A stretch of DNA of 64,000 nt from Saprolegnia diclina VS20 (GCF_000281045.1 NW_008246084.1:137538-201537); one strand, 5' to 3'; shown: positions 12,158 through 24,166, counted from the stretch's first letter. A program made the numbers and translations. Notes: generated by a model not told the origin, from the letters alone.

Positions 12158-13655
12158 TTATTTCGAACGTCCTTCGTCCGCGATCCCGGTCGCGACGACC
12201 GAGACGCGGATCTTGCCCGTCATGTTCGCATCAAACGACGAGCCAAAGATGATGTTGGCGAGCGGGTCTTCGACCTCCTATGTATAGCGTGCAATGCAGA
12301 CGCGCCATTACACGATGGATGACGGTACCTGCGTCACGCGCTCGGCGGCGGCGTCGACTTCAAAGAGCGTCATGTCCGGCCCACCCGTGATGTTGACCAG
12401 CATGCCTTTGGCCGCACGGATCGAGAGGTCGCCGAGAAGTGGGTTGTAGAGCGCGGCTTCGGCGGCGCGGAGCGCGCGGTTGTCGCCCTCGGCCTCGCCG
12501 CTGCCCATCATGGCATTACCCATGCGCGTCATCACCTGGTACGGTTCAGCATGGTGCGTCAATGGAAGATATTGTCGTACCGACTGGACGTCGGCAAAGT
12601 CGAGGTTGATGAGCCCCGGCATGACCATGAGGTCGGTGATGTTCTTGACGCCCGAGAGCAGCACGTCGTCGGCAACGCTACGCTCCTTAGGACGCAGAGA
12701 TGAGGATGACGAGGATATACCGGAAGGCGTCCATGAGCGATGTCTTCTCGGTCGACATGTTGAAGAGGTTCTGGTTCGGAATCACAATCATCGTGTCGAC
12801 GCTTTGCTTGAGTTCGTGGAGGCCTTGCTCGGCGAGCTTGGCGCGGTGGCTGCCCTCAAACTTGAACGGCTGCGCAAAGCGGTTAACCAATGCGTCGAGT
12901 CGTGCGTGTCGTACCTTGGTGACGACGCCGACCGTCAAGATGCCAGAGTCGAGCGCCGCTTGCGCAATCACGGGGGCGGCGCCCGTACCGGTGCCACCGC
13001 CCATGCCCGCCGTCACAAACATCTACAGACATCGATCAACACATTGTGTATCACACAAAGCAGGGTATTACCATGTTGGCGTGACCAATCTTGTCCATGA
13101 TCTCGTCCAAGCTCGCCTCGGCGGCCAGTCGCCCGGCCTCGGGGTTGGCGCCGCAGCCAAGGCCGCCCGTGAGCTCCGAACCCATTTGGATGCGGTTGTC
13201 GGTCAGCGTCGTCTTGAGGTGCTGCGCGTCCGTGTTGCACACGAGAAAGTCGACGCCCTTGAGGCCGCGCGCAATCATGTTGTTGACTAGGCGACGGTGC
13301 ATCGGCCGCGAGAGAGAGGGAGAACGACGGACCTGCGTTGCCGCCCGCGCCGCCGACGCCGACAACGACGATCTTGGGCGCAAACGACCCGAGGTTCATC
13401 TCGGCCGCGTTCTGGATCCACGGCTGCGGGTCCACGGGCTTGGCCTTCGTGTCTTCGACAGGCTGCGCCTTCTTCTTGTCGTCCGCTGGCGGCTGCTGCT
13501 TGCTGCTGTTCTTGGAGAGGCCCTGCGCATAACGGTGAAGGCGTGAGGCCCTACCGCATCGCACCCGAGGGTACCTTCTGGAGCGACGCAGTCGCCGCGT
13601 CCGTGGCCGTCGAGAAGCTCCGGAAGCTGTGGAACGACGACAGGCGGCGAAGCAT
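12158..13655 (-). CDS. ftsZ: Mitochondrial FtsZ, short form lacking the C-terminal tail (multi-exon)
   Basis: [37 protein letters not shown], tubulin signature [25 protein letters not shown] and [10 protein letters not shown] are all present. The gene ends IIFGSSFD...[17 protein letters not shown]. The N-terminus [16 protein letters not shown] resembles a mitochondrial presequence. Confidence 0.95.
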
Positions 13656-14195
13656 CGGACGCAAAAAACCTCGAAAGTGCACACCGCAAAAAACGAGCCA
13701 ATCAGCGTGCGGCGATCCTGTTGTCAAGATGGTCACCAGTTCAACGGTCGCGCCAAACACCAAGTCAGCACGCTAGCACCACGCCGGGCATGCAACGACT
13801 TCCCCATACGACCGATTATGCTATAGACGTCTGCCTCCATCTGCCGCCTCGGCAACCTTGATTTCACCAAGTCATCTCCACGCAACGATGGCAGGCGACA
13901 TGCGGGGTTCTGGTAAATGTATCTGTCATGATTCGACGAGCTCTGTTGGCTGGTGGATGGAGCCAATGGAGCGTGCAGATGAAGACGTCTCGCAGTGTGA
14001 AGCAACGGTGCACCGCCTGCCCGCATCGTCATGCCATGCGGCTATGAACCTTGCTATTGCTTGCGGCAACGGAGAAGCAGGATCCCTGCAACTTCACGCG
14101 CTACTCTCTTCTGTTCACGAAAAGGGTGAATACGTTGGCTTCCGATCGATCGATTGTAATTGTAGTAGGAGGTCCATGGACGACAAGGGCTGTGA

Positions 14196-14867
14196 TTACG
14201 TTGTCGTTGTCGGTGGTTTGAAAAAGGTCGAAATACTCGAGGCAGCCGCCGCGTCCTTGTAGATGGCGTACTTGAACTCGGGCTGGCGCTTCCCCTTCTT
14301 GATACTGTCCAGGACCCAATTCGGGTGGACGCATAAAATCTTTCCCCCCGACTCGAAGCGATGTCAGACCAACGCTAGCTGCGAATCGACGTACTTTGAG
14401 AAGGGCCTCGGTCTTGGAGCCGTTGAGGTTCTCGGCCACAATGTGGGTCACCCGCGTTTTGCGGTGCATGATGCTAGTACATACATGATCTCAGTCGCCA
14501 CCTTGCAGGCGCCATGTACGAGACGGTGGCGCCATGTTCTTTGACCATCTTGGTCATGTAGTAGCTACATCAACCACCAAATGAGTCCATCGAGAATGCG
14601 CAGACGCAAAAGTCGGACGACGAGACGTTGCCGGTGCGTCCGTCAAAGTACAAGTTGCATCCCTACGAGCGTGTCAAAATGGCCAGAAAGGGCAAGTCGA
14701 TGGCCAACTTGAAAGATGGCGCTCAGCGTCGGGTGGCCGGAGCTCGGGACCGTCGTTGGCCGACGAGGGGCATGCGACGACGGTCCCTTGCGTTTCTCGC
14801 TGCCGGGCGGTCGTGGCACCCGCTCATTGCGGTTCGTCGGCCCACTGGGGCCGTTGATGCTAAACAT
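14196..14867 (-). CDS. Small stand-alone BRCT-domain protein (Rev1-type BRCT), multi-exon
   Basis: Exons give CNLYFDGRTG...MTKMVKEHGA...KTRVTHIVAENLNGSK...CVHPNWVLDSIKKGKRQPEFKY, a BRCT fold with the W-x3-S motif. The start is uncertain. Confidence 0.7.
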
Positions 14868-15442
14868 AGTCGAATTGGCGCTCCCGTGGTTCGCGGGAAA
14901 TCTTTTTGGCCAATGGACGCGCGTATCGACAGGATTTAAAAGTGTTTCTGCCAATCCCAAGACGACATGCATCTTGAACTCAATCCCAGAAAGGGCACAA
15001 CGACTCGCTTGGCTCTCTCTGGGACGATTTGTACGAGCGACTGCAGTCCTCTACTAATAAAACAGGTAGGATTATAAGGCAGTGCGTCGAGCTCGACGTG
15101 GGTGGCCTCCTCTTGTTCGGTGTCTCCCGACTACGCGTGCATAGACCCAAGACAAGTAAACGCCCGGGGCGCCGATCTTGCCTTCCGGTAGCAAAACCGG
15201 TAGATTCCATGGAGGAATAAGTCGCGATGCTTGATATATAAAGGCTCCTTAGATAGACCTCGAATGTCCAAGATAGTCGCTCGAGTCCCAAGGCAACGAC
15301 GATTGCAGCGCCAGCCAGGACCGCAAAACGAAAGTGTGTCCAACGTGCCCATTTTGTCCAATCAAAACCAAACGTGTCAACATATTTGGCCAATCGCAGC
15401 GAACACGAGGCTTGCCATTTTGCGTTTTGGTTGACGAGTACA

Positions 15443-15962
15443 ATGGCGTCGCTCCTCACCGAAGCGCTGCAGCACGTCGAGATGCGCACGGACGTCATCA
15501 CGGGTCTCAGCAACGAGCTCGTGCAGATGGACGTGAAGCTCCAGGATGCCCACTTCAAGGCCAAGCAGGACCCAGAGCTGGGCGAGGCCGTCCTCCAGCT
15601 CTACGTGGCGTTCCTCGCCAAGCGCGATGAGCTTATCGAGGTGCTGCAGGCCGAAAAGATCTCGGTGCCCTGGCAGCTGCGCATGAAGATCGACGAGTTT
15701 GAGCAGTCGGTACGAGCTGACGACGGCAACAGGCGAATTCAATCCCGTCGTTGTCTCGTAGCTCAAGGAGCGCAAGGTCAAGCCGTACGCCAAGGCAGCC
15801 TCCCCCGTAGCTACGACAGAGGCTGCACCAACAACGGCCGTGGCCCCCGAGTGGGAACGCAAGGATACGCTGGGCGTTGTCCTGCCCGTTGTCGTCGTGC
15901 TGGTGGCGCTGGCGGTCGCGTATGTCATGCGGGCCGAGATCTTCGCCTTCCACGACATGTAA
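15443..15962 (+). CDS. Hypothetical tail-anchored membrane protein (one intron, about 15710-15760)
   Basis: MASLLTEALQHVEMRTD...IDEFEQS/LKERKVKP...DTLGVVLPVVVVLVALAVAYVMRAEIFAFHDM*. It has coding-like codon bias and a single C-terminal TM segment. Confidence 0.7.
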
Positions 15963-16104
15963 ACACCACAATATTGTCATGCAAAATACGTTGTGAAAAA
16001 TATAAAATATCCATGGCTACTCGCAGGAGCTCAAGAGCACATCGTCGTGGGAAGAAGCAACCATGGTTTCTGCACTCTTCACAGAGTTCAAACCACTAGA
16101 GAGC

Positions 16105-16809
16105 TTAGCAGCAGCCGCCCGACTTGCCCGAGACGTTCTGGCCGGGCTGGAGGCTGATGGCGGGCTTCGACTGCATCGGGGCGCTCGCCATGCGCTTCTT
16201 GATCTGTGCGGCCATCATCATAAAGGCCTTCTCAACGTTGGCCGCGTTCTTGGCCGACGTCTCGAGGAACTCAATGCCGAGGCTGTCGGCAAAGTCCTTG
16301 GCCGCGTCCGTGCTCACGACGCGCTTGGCCGTCAAATCGCTCTTGTTACCGACAAGGAGCTTGTTGACGTTCTCGCACGCGTACCGGTCAATCTCGTGGA
16401 GCCACTGCTTGACGTTGTTGAACGACTCCTGGTCCGTGACATCGTACACGACGATGATACCGTGGGCGCCACGGTAGTAACTGCTCGTGATCGTGCGGAA
16501 GCGCTCCTGGCCGGCCGTGTCCCAGATCTGGAGCTTGATGGTCTTGCCGTCGAGCTCAATCGTGCGGATTTTCTACCATGTGCCATGAGCCTCTCCATCG
16601 CGCGCTTGCATGTGCTTACGAAGTCGACGCCAATCGTCGAGATGTAGCTCTCCGTGTACGTGTCGTCGGCGAAACGCAGGAGCAAGCACGACTTGCCGAC
16701 GCCCGAGTCACCGATGAGGAGCAGTTTGAACAGGTAGTCGCTACAAGAGCATGCTCGTGAGCTGCCTGTCCCGATATCGCTCCATGTTCACGTACTATTC
16801 GGGGTTCAT
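16105..16809 (-). CDS. YPT1: Rab1/Ypt1 small GTPase (2 introns)
   Basis: [72 protein letters not shown]...NKSD...ETSAK...GGCC*. Confidence 0.98.
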
Positions 16810-18042
16810 GGTGCTGAGGAAGAGAACTACATGGAAGAAGAGGGCCATGAGCATCGCCCATCGTCGTCGTAGGTGCATGGAGGAAGCGTCGTCTTGCGGC
16901 GCTGCCTCCATGAGCCGTCGCCGCCTTACCTCAAGTCCAGTCAGTCAACAAACGGGTTCTGAGCTTCTCGGCTCTTTTTCCTTTCTGACGAATACTGGCC
17001 GCTGGTTGGCTGAAATCGTGCTCCGCCTCTTTCTCGCCCATACAAAGGCGCCAGTTGATTCATGGACCCCTACCCCTTCTTTTCTTTTTCTGTTCTTCGG
17101 CCAAACATCTTGCTTTTTGTATGTGGCCGTTGCCATTCGCGCGATCTTCTCGAATCGGCCGGCCGGCGTGATAAAAATGCGCCGTATTTTTTTGTTCCGA
17201 TCGCTAGCGCGCAGGTATCCACAGCTGGTGAGGCCTCGCATCCGAATTAAAATACGAGCGTATTTTTATTCCTAGCATATACCGGTTTCATCGTGTGGCA
17301 CAACGTGATTGGTCCAACGAGATGCGACTTGGATCTTGGCTCGCGTCGCATCGACAGGGCAACTTGCGCAAGGACTATTTATACTGCGCGCGTCATCGCA
17401 AGCGAGTCCAAGCGCGATGACGCACCGCTGCGAGAGGGAGCGAGAAGGACGTAGGCGTGAGTAGCTCTGCTTTGCACGAGTAAGTAATCGAACAGCTTCG
17501 GCCGGTTGATTTTCATTCGCAACTCGAAAATATCAGACAAGTGATAGGTTGGGACCACCGGGACCACCGGCTGGTGGCGACAACAGTACGCGATCTCGCG
17601 TTCGCTTTTCGGCGAGCCAAGCAGCAAGGCTTGGTCGACCCGTCCCGCCGTAAAACTGTATTACCCGAAACGCTGCATGTTGATGCGTTGGAAGATCGTG
17701 ACTCGACGACAGGCAAAACCTCTGGCATGGCTGTTTTCTTGCCCATGGACTGGGCCGAGGCGCTGTGCTGGACAGCGATGCAGGAGAGGCTAGGACGCTT
17801 GTCGTCGGGTGATGGTCATCGTAGTGCGAGGGGTTGTTGCTGCTGCTACTTCGAGGAGCGCTGTGCGACTCGCATTGCGCGGGAGATCTTTCGTGGCGCG
17901 CGCTGATTGGTCCACGACAGCATACTGATACGAGAGCGCGCCACGTCAGGACCTTCTTAGTTGCGTCAAAAACCTTATTGTCCGGATAACCATACCATAG
18001 TATCCGAACCGATGACAACGAAACCTGTCTGTTCCAGCCAGC

Positions 18043-19123
18043 ATGGACCCGACAATGACGGCGACGCCGGCGGGCCGCCTCGAGACGGACCACATGGACA
18101 TGATCTACGACATGAAGATGGACTATCATAGCAAGCACATTGCGACGTGCTCGGGTGACCGCTCCGTGCGCATCTACGAGGCCAAGACCAAGGGCGACGC
18201 GACGACGCCGGGTGCGCTCGTCGCCTGCTTGCCGGTCCCATGCGATGGCCCGGTCTGGCGCATTGCGTGGTCGCACCCAAAGTTCAACGTGCTCGCCGCC
18301 TCGACGCAGTGCGGTAAGATCGTCTTCTTCCGCAACCGTGCGCCCGCGGCCGCGCCCGAGGACTGGGTCCAGTTCCACGTGCACACGCCCCACACGTCGA
18401 GCATCAACGCTATCGACTTTGCACCGCACGAGTATGGTCTCATGCTTGCGTCTGCCTCTGCTGACGGCACTGTCGCCGTTCTCACAATGACGCGCGAGGG
18501 CTGGGTCATGACGTCGCACTTCCACGACAACGACGTTGGCTGCATGGCGTTGAGCTGGGCACCGTACAATTCGCTCGGGGGCCAGGGCCACAAGCGCCTC
18601 GTTGTCGGTAGCTGCGACTCGCTTGTCAAGATTTGGACGCTTAGCGACGCCGACAGCTCGCGCACGTGGCAACGGTACTGCTTGCATTTGCGCCGATGCA
18701 TAAAATCTTATGCTGCCTCTAGCATCGACGAGCTGCCACCGCTCCATGGGGACTGGGTCCGCGACGTGCTCTGGGCGCCAAGCGCTGGCATGCCATGCAA
18801 TACGATTGCGAGCTGCTCGGACGATCACACGGTCGCTGTCTGGACGCAGTCCACGGCGGGGGGTCCGTGGTCGTCGGTGGTCCTCCCCACGTTCAAGTCG
18901 CCCGTGCTTCGCCTCAGCTGGTCCATCACGGGTAGGTGTCATCTCGGGCAACTCTCGTCGTCAAGTTCTCTGCACTCAACATGTGATGGGAGTAGGCAAC
19001 ATCTTGAGCGTCGCTGCGGGCGAAGACCATGTGTCGTTGTGGAAGGAGTCGAACGGTACGTGGCGCCAGCTCTCGACGCTGCAAGAAGGCAGCGCGAGCA
19101 TCAACCCGCCCACGCACATGTAG
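18043..19123 (+). CDS. SEC13: Sec13 WD40 protein (COPII / nuclear pore / GATOR2)
   Basis: HMDMIYDMKMDYHSKHIATCSGDRSVRI, GPVWRIAWSHPKF, SINAIDFAPHEYGLMLASASADG, HGDWVRDVLWAPS and LSWSITGNILSVA. Confidence 0.9.
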
Positions 19124-19165
19124 TTAACGCATGAGAGCAACACGGCTGTCGTATATGCCGCAGTC

Positions 19166-20303
19166 TTATTTCTCGTGGTACGTTTGCATCAGGAACGACG
19201 CGACGTCGAGGAGCTGGAGGTGCTCGCTCGCGCCGTCGCCGAGCTTCTTGTCGGCTTCGGCGATGTGAAGGCAGACTTGCGCCTTCTTGCCCGGGGACAT
19301 GCTCTTGTGGGCCAAGATCTCGTCCACGAGCTGGTGCAGGATCGTGAGCACGGGGAACCCGCTGTAAATAATGTCGTCGACTTCGTTCTTCATCAGATCA
19401 AACGAGTTGGACTCGATGTGGCGCCAGAGCTTGTCAAAGAGCTCCTTCGGGGCCACCTAGACGCATGCATGAGCGACGACGAGGTAGAATAGTGCGAGAC
19501 GTACGCCAGCAATGGCCAAGATATCGTCCTTCGTGATCTCGGCGCCGTTGAGCTGCTTGGCACTCTGGAGGTAGTTGATAGCCTTGCGCAAATCGCCGTT
19601 CGAGACCTCGAGGAGCGTGTCGACGGCGTCCTGCGCGCACGCCACGTCCTCTTGCCCGCAAATGTACTGGATGCGCGCCGTCATGGACGTCACTTCCAGC
19701 GGCTGGTAGCGAAACTTAGCGCAGCGCGACGCGACAGGCTCGATGATCCTACCACAGTGTGTTTGCTACCTGTCGTTCGCATAGCGAGTTCGTACCGGCT
19801 CACGTAGTTGCAGATGAGGCAGAAGCGCGTGACCTTGGAGTAGTTTTCCATCATGCGGCGCAGCGCCGACTGCGCGTCGTTGGTCATCGAGTCGGCTTCG
19901 TCGAGTACAATGATCTTGAACGGCGGCATGGACGACGACCCGCTGATCGCGCCTTGGGCGAACGCCTTGACCTTTTCGCGCACGACGCTGATACCGCGGT
20001 CGTCGGACGCGTTGAGCTCGAGGAACCGGCCATTCTCGCGGAACTTGGGACCAAAGAGCTCGCGCGCGACGGCAATGATCGTCGACGTCTTGCCCGTGCC
20101 CGGCGGGCCGTAGAAGAGCAGGTGGGGCAGCTGGCCGTTCGCGATCGACGACTTGAGCGTGTTGACGACCTCGTCCTGGTGCGAGATATCGCTGACGTTC
20201 TTCGGGCGGCTAGGTAGACGCATGAGCCCATGCTCGCCGGCGGCGGCGGAGGAGGATGGACGTACTACTTCTCGACCCACGGAAGCGTCGTCTTGGTGGC
20301 CAT
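19166..20303 (-). CDS. RFC4: Replication factor C small subunit (RFC4 / yeast Rfc2 type), multi-exon
   Basis: [72 protein letters not shown] and [11 protein letters not shown]. Confidence 0.95.
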
Positions 20304-20499
20304 CGCTCTGCTCTCGGCGGCGCTGGAAAACGAACAAACTCCCACCTTAAAAAGCTCCCGCCACAAGGATTGCGGTATAATATTATTCGTAATATTTTAT
20401 TTAGACCTCTCCGCCATACCATTGCCTAGTACAGAGTTTCATCTGGTATTTTAATGCCGGCGAGATTCGAATTGTATTCGATTGCTCGCGTAGATACCA

Positions 20500-20514
20500 G
20501 CATTTTGGCCAATC
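20500..20514 (+). promoter_or_regulatory. Extended CCAAT box (GCATTTTGGCCAATC) in the RFC4/JmjC divergent promoter
   Basis: The identical 15-mer occurs at 24152-24166. CCAAT boxes are established oomycete promoter elements. Confidence 0.55.
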
Positions 20515-20798
20515 GGATCGCTTCGTGGTTTTCAACACATGTAGTGGTTTAAAACATGTTTTATACTCGTTACTGGGTCGCGCACAAGGTGTGCTGCCAG
20601 CTCCTCACAGGCCAGCAGCGCGCTCGGGCCACGGAAGAATCGTTCAGCCTTTGATGGATGCGTTATGGCCGGAAGCGCGAGGGTATTCTATGGTTGTTGT
20701 CTCTCGAGCATGACGTTGGTTGGTGATCGACCGTCGCCGATTCTGTATGTTATTCTGTTTGGAACAGCGTCTGGCGCACGCACGCAACAAATCCAAAA

Positions 20799-22550
20799 AT
20801 GCAACTCGACGCCATGCTTGCGGTCCTCGCGCTGAGCGCTGGCCACGTCAGCGCGTCGCTCTTCGGAGGGCCCGCGCTCAATGAAAGCTGCAAAAGCGTC
20901 GTCTACAAGGGGCCGATGGGCTCGTCCCTGAACGCGTTCCGGCAGGCTAAGGCCGCGTTTGCATTCGAAGACCTCTGCTTTGTCGAGGAGGTTGTGCCCG
21001 ACCCCCTCTCGTCGTCGAGCCTGCTCTACTACCCCAAGCACGACGCCTTCTCACCACGCACATGCCTCTTGCCCGGGTTGCCCCCGCCGCAGGTGTTTAC
21101 AGAAGGTCCAGTGACGCACGACGCGATCGTCGCGTTCGTCAACCGCCATGCCCACACGTTCCGCGCTCTCGATGGCTCGCTGCAGCCGATCGCTGCGACC
21201 GCCAACGCCCTCGAGTCGAGCCGATATACCGTTCCGCGTTCAACCACAGACCGCTCGTGCAAGGTCGTTGACGCCAGCGAGATGACGACAGCGCGCTTCC
21301 GCGACCACGTTCTCCGCAACGAACCGCTCATCATTCGAAACGCAGCGACTGTACGTTCACGCTTGCTAACAGCCAGTGACACGTGTATGGGTAGACTGCG
21401 ATGCGTAGCCCGGCGTGGTCGACGGAGCGTCTCCTCGAGCGGATCGGGCGCAACGACGTGCATGTCAAAGTGTCGCCGACCGGTGACTTTGAAGGCTGCG
21501 AGCCGCTCGCGTGGTGGTCAACGGCTGGTAATCGCACTTCGTCTCGCTTTGTGCGGTGGGATATCGCGTGCACCGTGTAGAGGACGCAGCGATCCCAGAC
21601 TTTGTCGCCGCCCACCTTGAATCGCCCGACCGCGTCCTTGTCCGGCCGGCCGCCGCCAACATGCCCTTTGCCGACTTTATTGGCAAGCTGCGGGGAGCGA
21701 CCAACTCGTCGACGTCGTACTACCTCGAGTATCTCTCGCTGACGACGTATGTGCCCGAGCTCCTCTCGGATATTCCATCGTACCCCTGGGCCGACTTTTT
21801 GACGCTCGAAGTCCAAAACCTCTGGTTTGGCGATGGCAAAAGCGTACGTCGACGCGTTTTTCTCAGCGCGACAGAGAGATTACCGTGTGTTCTAGGTGGG
21901 TAAACTGCACTTTGACGCGTATGAGAATATCATGGTCATGGTCGCGGGCTCGAAAGAGTTTGTGCTCTTCGATCCGTCGGACAATCGTCGGCTGTATGAA
22001 GGCCACATCCGCGAGGTATTCGACTCGCATCACCACGAGCTATCCAATCTGGATCGATCTCAGATTGGGATACTATCCAGATTACCAGGGCACCTCACGT
22101 GCTGTCAACGCGTAGGCGCAGTACGACATTGATGACGACGGTGTCATATCTCGCACGCGACTCCTGCAGTCGACCTCGATGGTCAACAGCCCCGTCGACA
22201 TCAACAGCCCAAACGACATGCACACGTACCCGCGCTTTCAAGACGCCACGCCACTGCGCTGCACGATCCACGAAGGCGACGCGCTCTTCCTCGTACGATT
22301 TCTATCCAGATTGTATCAAGGCTCGTATCAATCTATCAACTCCCGATAGCCGTCGTTTTGGTGGCACGAGGTCACGTCGTCGCCGGCCACCGACGAGCCG
22401 CGCAACGTCGCCGTCAACTTCTGGTATTCGCCTGTGTACCACCGCGGTTTTCCGTGCCCGACGTGCCGGCTGCACTTCAACACGCAGGCGTACGCGTCGC
22501 TGCTCGAGGCCGAGCACATGGCGCGCCACCCGCCCAAGGACGAGCTGTAA
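20799..22550 (+). CDS. Secretory-pathway JmjC/Cupin_8 Fe(II)/2-oxoglutarate oxygenase with C-terminal KDEL (multi-exon)
   Basis: Signal peptide MQLDAMLAVLALSAGHVSA. JmjC motifs NLWFGDGKS/VGKLHFDAYENIMVMVAGSKEF (HxD), EGDALFL/PSFWWHEV (distal His) and NVAVNFWY. The gene ends cccaaggacgagctgtaa = PKDEL*. Confidence 0.85.
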
Positions 22551-22594
22551 TTTCACAAGACAATATGTCGTATCGATGGGTCTATTTGATGGGG

Positions 22595-24028
22595 TTAGTA
22601 CGGCACATACGTGAGCTCCTTGCAGTTGTCGAACTGGTTGTCTTCCTTCCCGACGTACGCAGCGTTCGGGTCGATGCCCGAAAACTCTATCCACTGCGCA
22701 AACGTGCGCTTCGACCCGAGCTTGAACGCGTCGATGTCCGTGTGGTCAAAGTCGTCTTCGGTGAACGAGAGCCCGAGCGCGTGGCGGATGCGGCGCTTGG
22801 CCTTTTGCTGCACAAAGTACCGCTTGTCCCAGTCCTTTTCCCAAATGACCTTGCGCTCTTCGTACCAGTGGTACACGACGTCCTTCTTTGGCACGTAGAA
22901 ATCGTACCCGCTCGTCCAGAGCCGCGCCGCGCGCGAGTACTCTTCACCGTGAAAGAGGAACGGCGTGTACGGGTCGTTCCGGACAGTCGTGGCCTGGACG
23001 CAGTTGCCAAAGTTGAAGCCGCCAGCAAATTGCGACATGAGCCGCGGCGTCGGCGGCTGCGGAATCCAAATCGGCGCGCCGTACTGGATCATCGTGTCGG
23101 GATCCGCAGACTCGATGCGCGCGTGGCACATGAGCTGGAGCTGGTTGGCGTACTCGGTGTTGTTGAGGAGCTCGGTCGACTTGGGGTACACGGTGATGAT
23201 CGCATGGTCGTTTTCGAGCGAGTCCCACTGCGAGAGGAGCTCGGCGTCCCAGTCCTTGACAAACACGAGGTGCGAGTCGATCGCAAGGCAGAAATCTTCG
23301 TCTTTGATACCCTTCTCCGTCTCGTAGCGCGCGCGCGTCGGGCCCGTCGCGTCGTCGGCGTCGATCGTGCTGTTGACCATTTGCGACCGGCGACACGCCG
23401 CTTCGCCGACCTTGCTGCAGTACGCGTCAATGCACCGGATCTCGCCCTTATCGAGGTAGATCTGGTCAAAGATGCTCACGTGGACAAGCTCGGGGTGCAC
23501 GGCGGTCGTGAAGAGCGAGTCGAGGGTCTCGGCGCACCGGCGCGTATCGCGGTAGTTGGCGATCAGCACCATGGTCGTCCGGCCGTTGACCGCGTCCGGC
23601 GGCACGGTGGCGGCGTGAACCGGCTTGGGCGTCTTGCCCACGAACGCCGGCGACACCACCGGCGGCGGCGAGGTGGTCGGCGCCCCCGTCGTCGGCGCGT
23701 TGGTTGTCGCAGCCGCCGTTGTCGCTGCGTCGGTCGGCTGCCGCAGGCTGTGCGTGCGCTTCTTTGTGACCGACGGCGTCAGTTCATGCAGCGCGTTCAC
23801 CCGCGTTACCACGGGCTTGCTCAGCGCAAAGTGCTCGTCGTACACGGGCATGTTGTGGTACGTCGACGGCGTCGCCGCGTAGCTCTGCAGGTAGACGACC
23901 TCGTAGAAGACGACGCAGAGGCAGGCGAGCGGGAGAAGCAGGATGAGCACGCTGCGCATCTGCGGGAAGTGGCGCTGGTGCAGGTGGTTGCCCATCGGGC
24001 GGTGGCTCCGGCCAAAGTTGGCTTGCAT
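22595..24028 (-). CDS. GT60-family GlcNAc transferase (Skp1-hydroxyproline/polypeptide GlcNAc-T-like), type II membrane
   Basis: N-terminal TM, then a Thr/Pro/Ala-rich stem. Motifs IANYRD..C, GPTRARY, LAIDSH, IITVYP, FAGGFNF, DPYTPFLFHGEE and RLWTSGYDFYVP; single exon. Confidence 0.9.
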   Translation of the reverse strand: MQANFGRSHRPMGNHLHQRHFPQMRSVLILLLPLACLCVVFYEVVYLQSYAATPSTYHNMPVYDEHFALSKPVVTRVNALHELTPSVTKKRTHSLRQPTDAATTAAATTNAPTTGAPTTSPPPVVSPAFVGKTPKPVHAATVPPDAVNGRTTMVLIANYRDTRRCAETLDSLFTTAVHPELVHVSIFDQIYLDKGEIRCIDAYCSKVGEAACRRSQMVNSTIDADDATGPTRARYETEKGIKDEDFCLAIDSHLVFVKDWDAELLSQWDSLENDHAIITVYPKSTELLNNTEYANQLQLMCHARIESADPDTMIQYGAPIWIPQPPTPRLMSQFAGGFNFGNCVQATTVRNDPYTPFLFHGEEYSRAARLWTSGYDFYVPKKDVVYHWYEERKVIWEKDWDKRYFVQQKAKRRIRHALGLSFTEDDFDHTDIDAFKLGSKRTFAQWIEFSGIDPNAAYVGKEDNQFDNCKELTYVPY

Positions 24029-24151
24029 CCGTCGCGCAGGTTCCAAAACTGGCGCAAAAAGGCCGTGTCGGGCATTTAATATTGTTTTCACACCTTTATA
24101 CTTGATATTTCTATGGACAATTGATTCAAGTCATTGAATACGGGAAAGGCG

Positions 24152-24166
24152 GCATTTTGGCCAATC
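24152..24166 (+). promoter_or_regulatory. Extended CCAAT box upstream of GT60
   Basis: GCATTTTGGCCAATC lies about 125 bp upstream of the GT60 ATG. Confidence 0.55.

Noticed and set aside
12158..13655. ftsZ (and the oxidoreductase) as bacterial contamination
   Set aside because: Both contain GT-AG introns, match host codon usage and sit among eukaryotic genes.
17379..17906. Short ORFs between Rab1 and Sec13
   Set aside because: They show no motif or codon-bias support. The region looks like a divergent promoter with CCAAT boxes.
2681..19123. DEPDC5 + Sec13 + Rab1 as a GATOR/trafficking gene cluster
   Set aside because: They are separated by unrelated genes, and chance proximity in a compact genome is sufficient.
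7219..20303. PNKP, FHIT, BRCT protein and RFC4 as a DNA-repair cluster
   Set aside because: They are interspersed with unrelated housekeeping genes, and the sequence shows no evidence of co-regulation.
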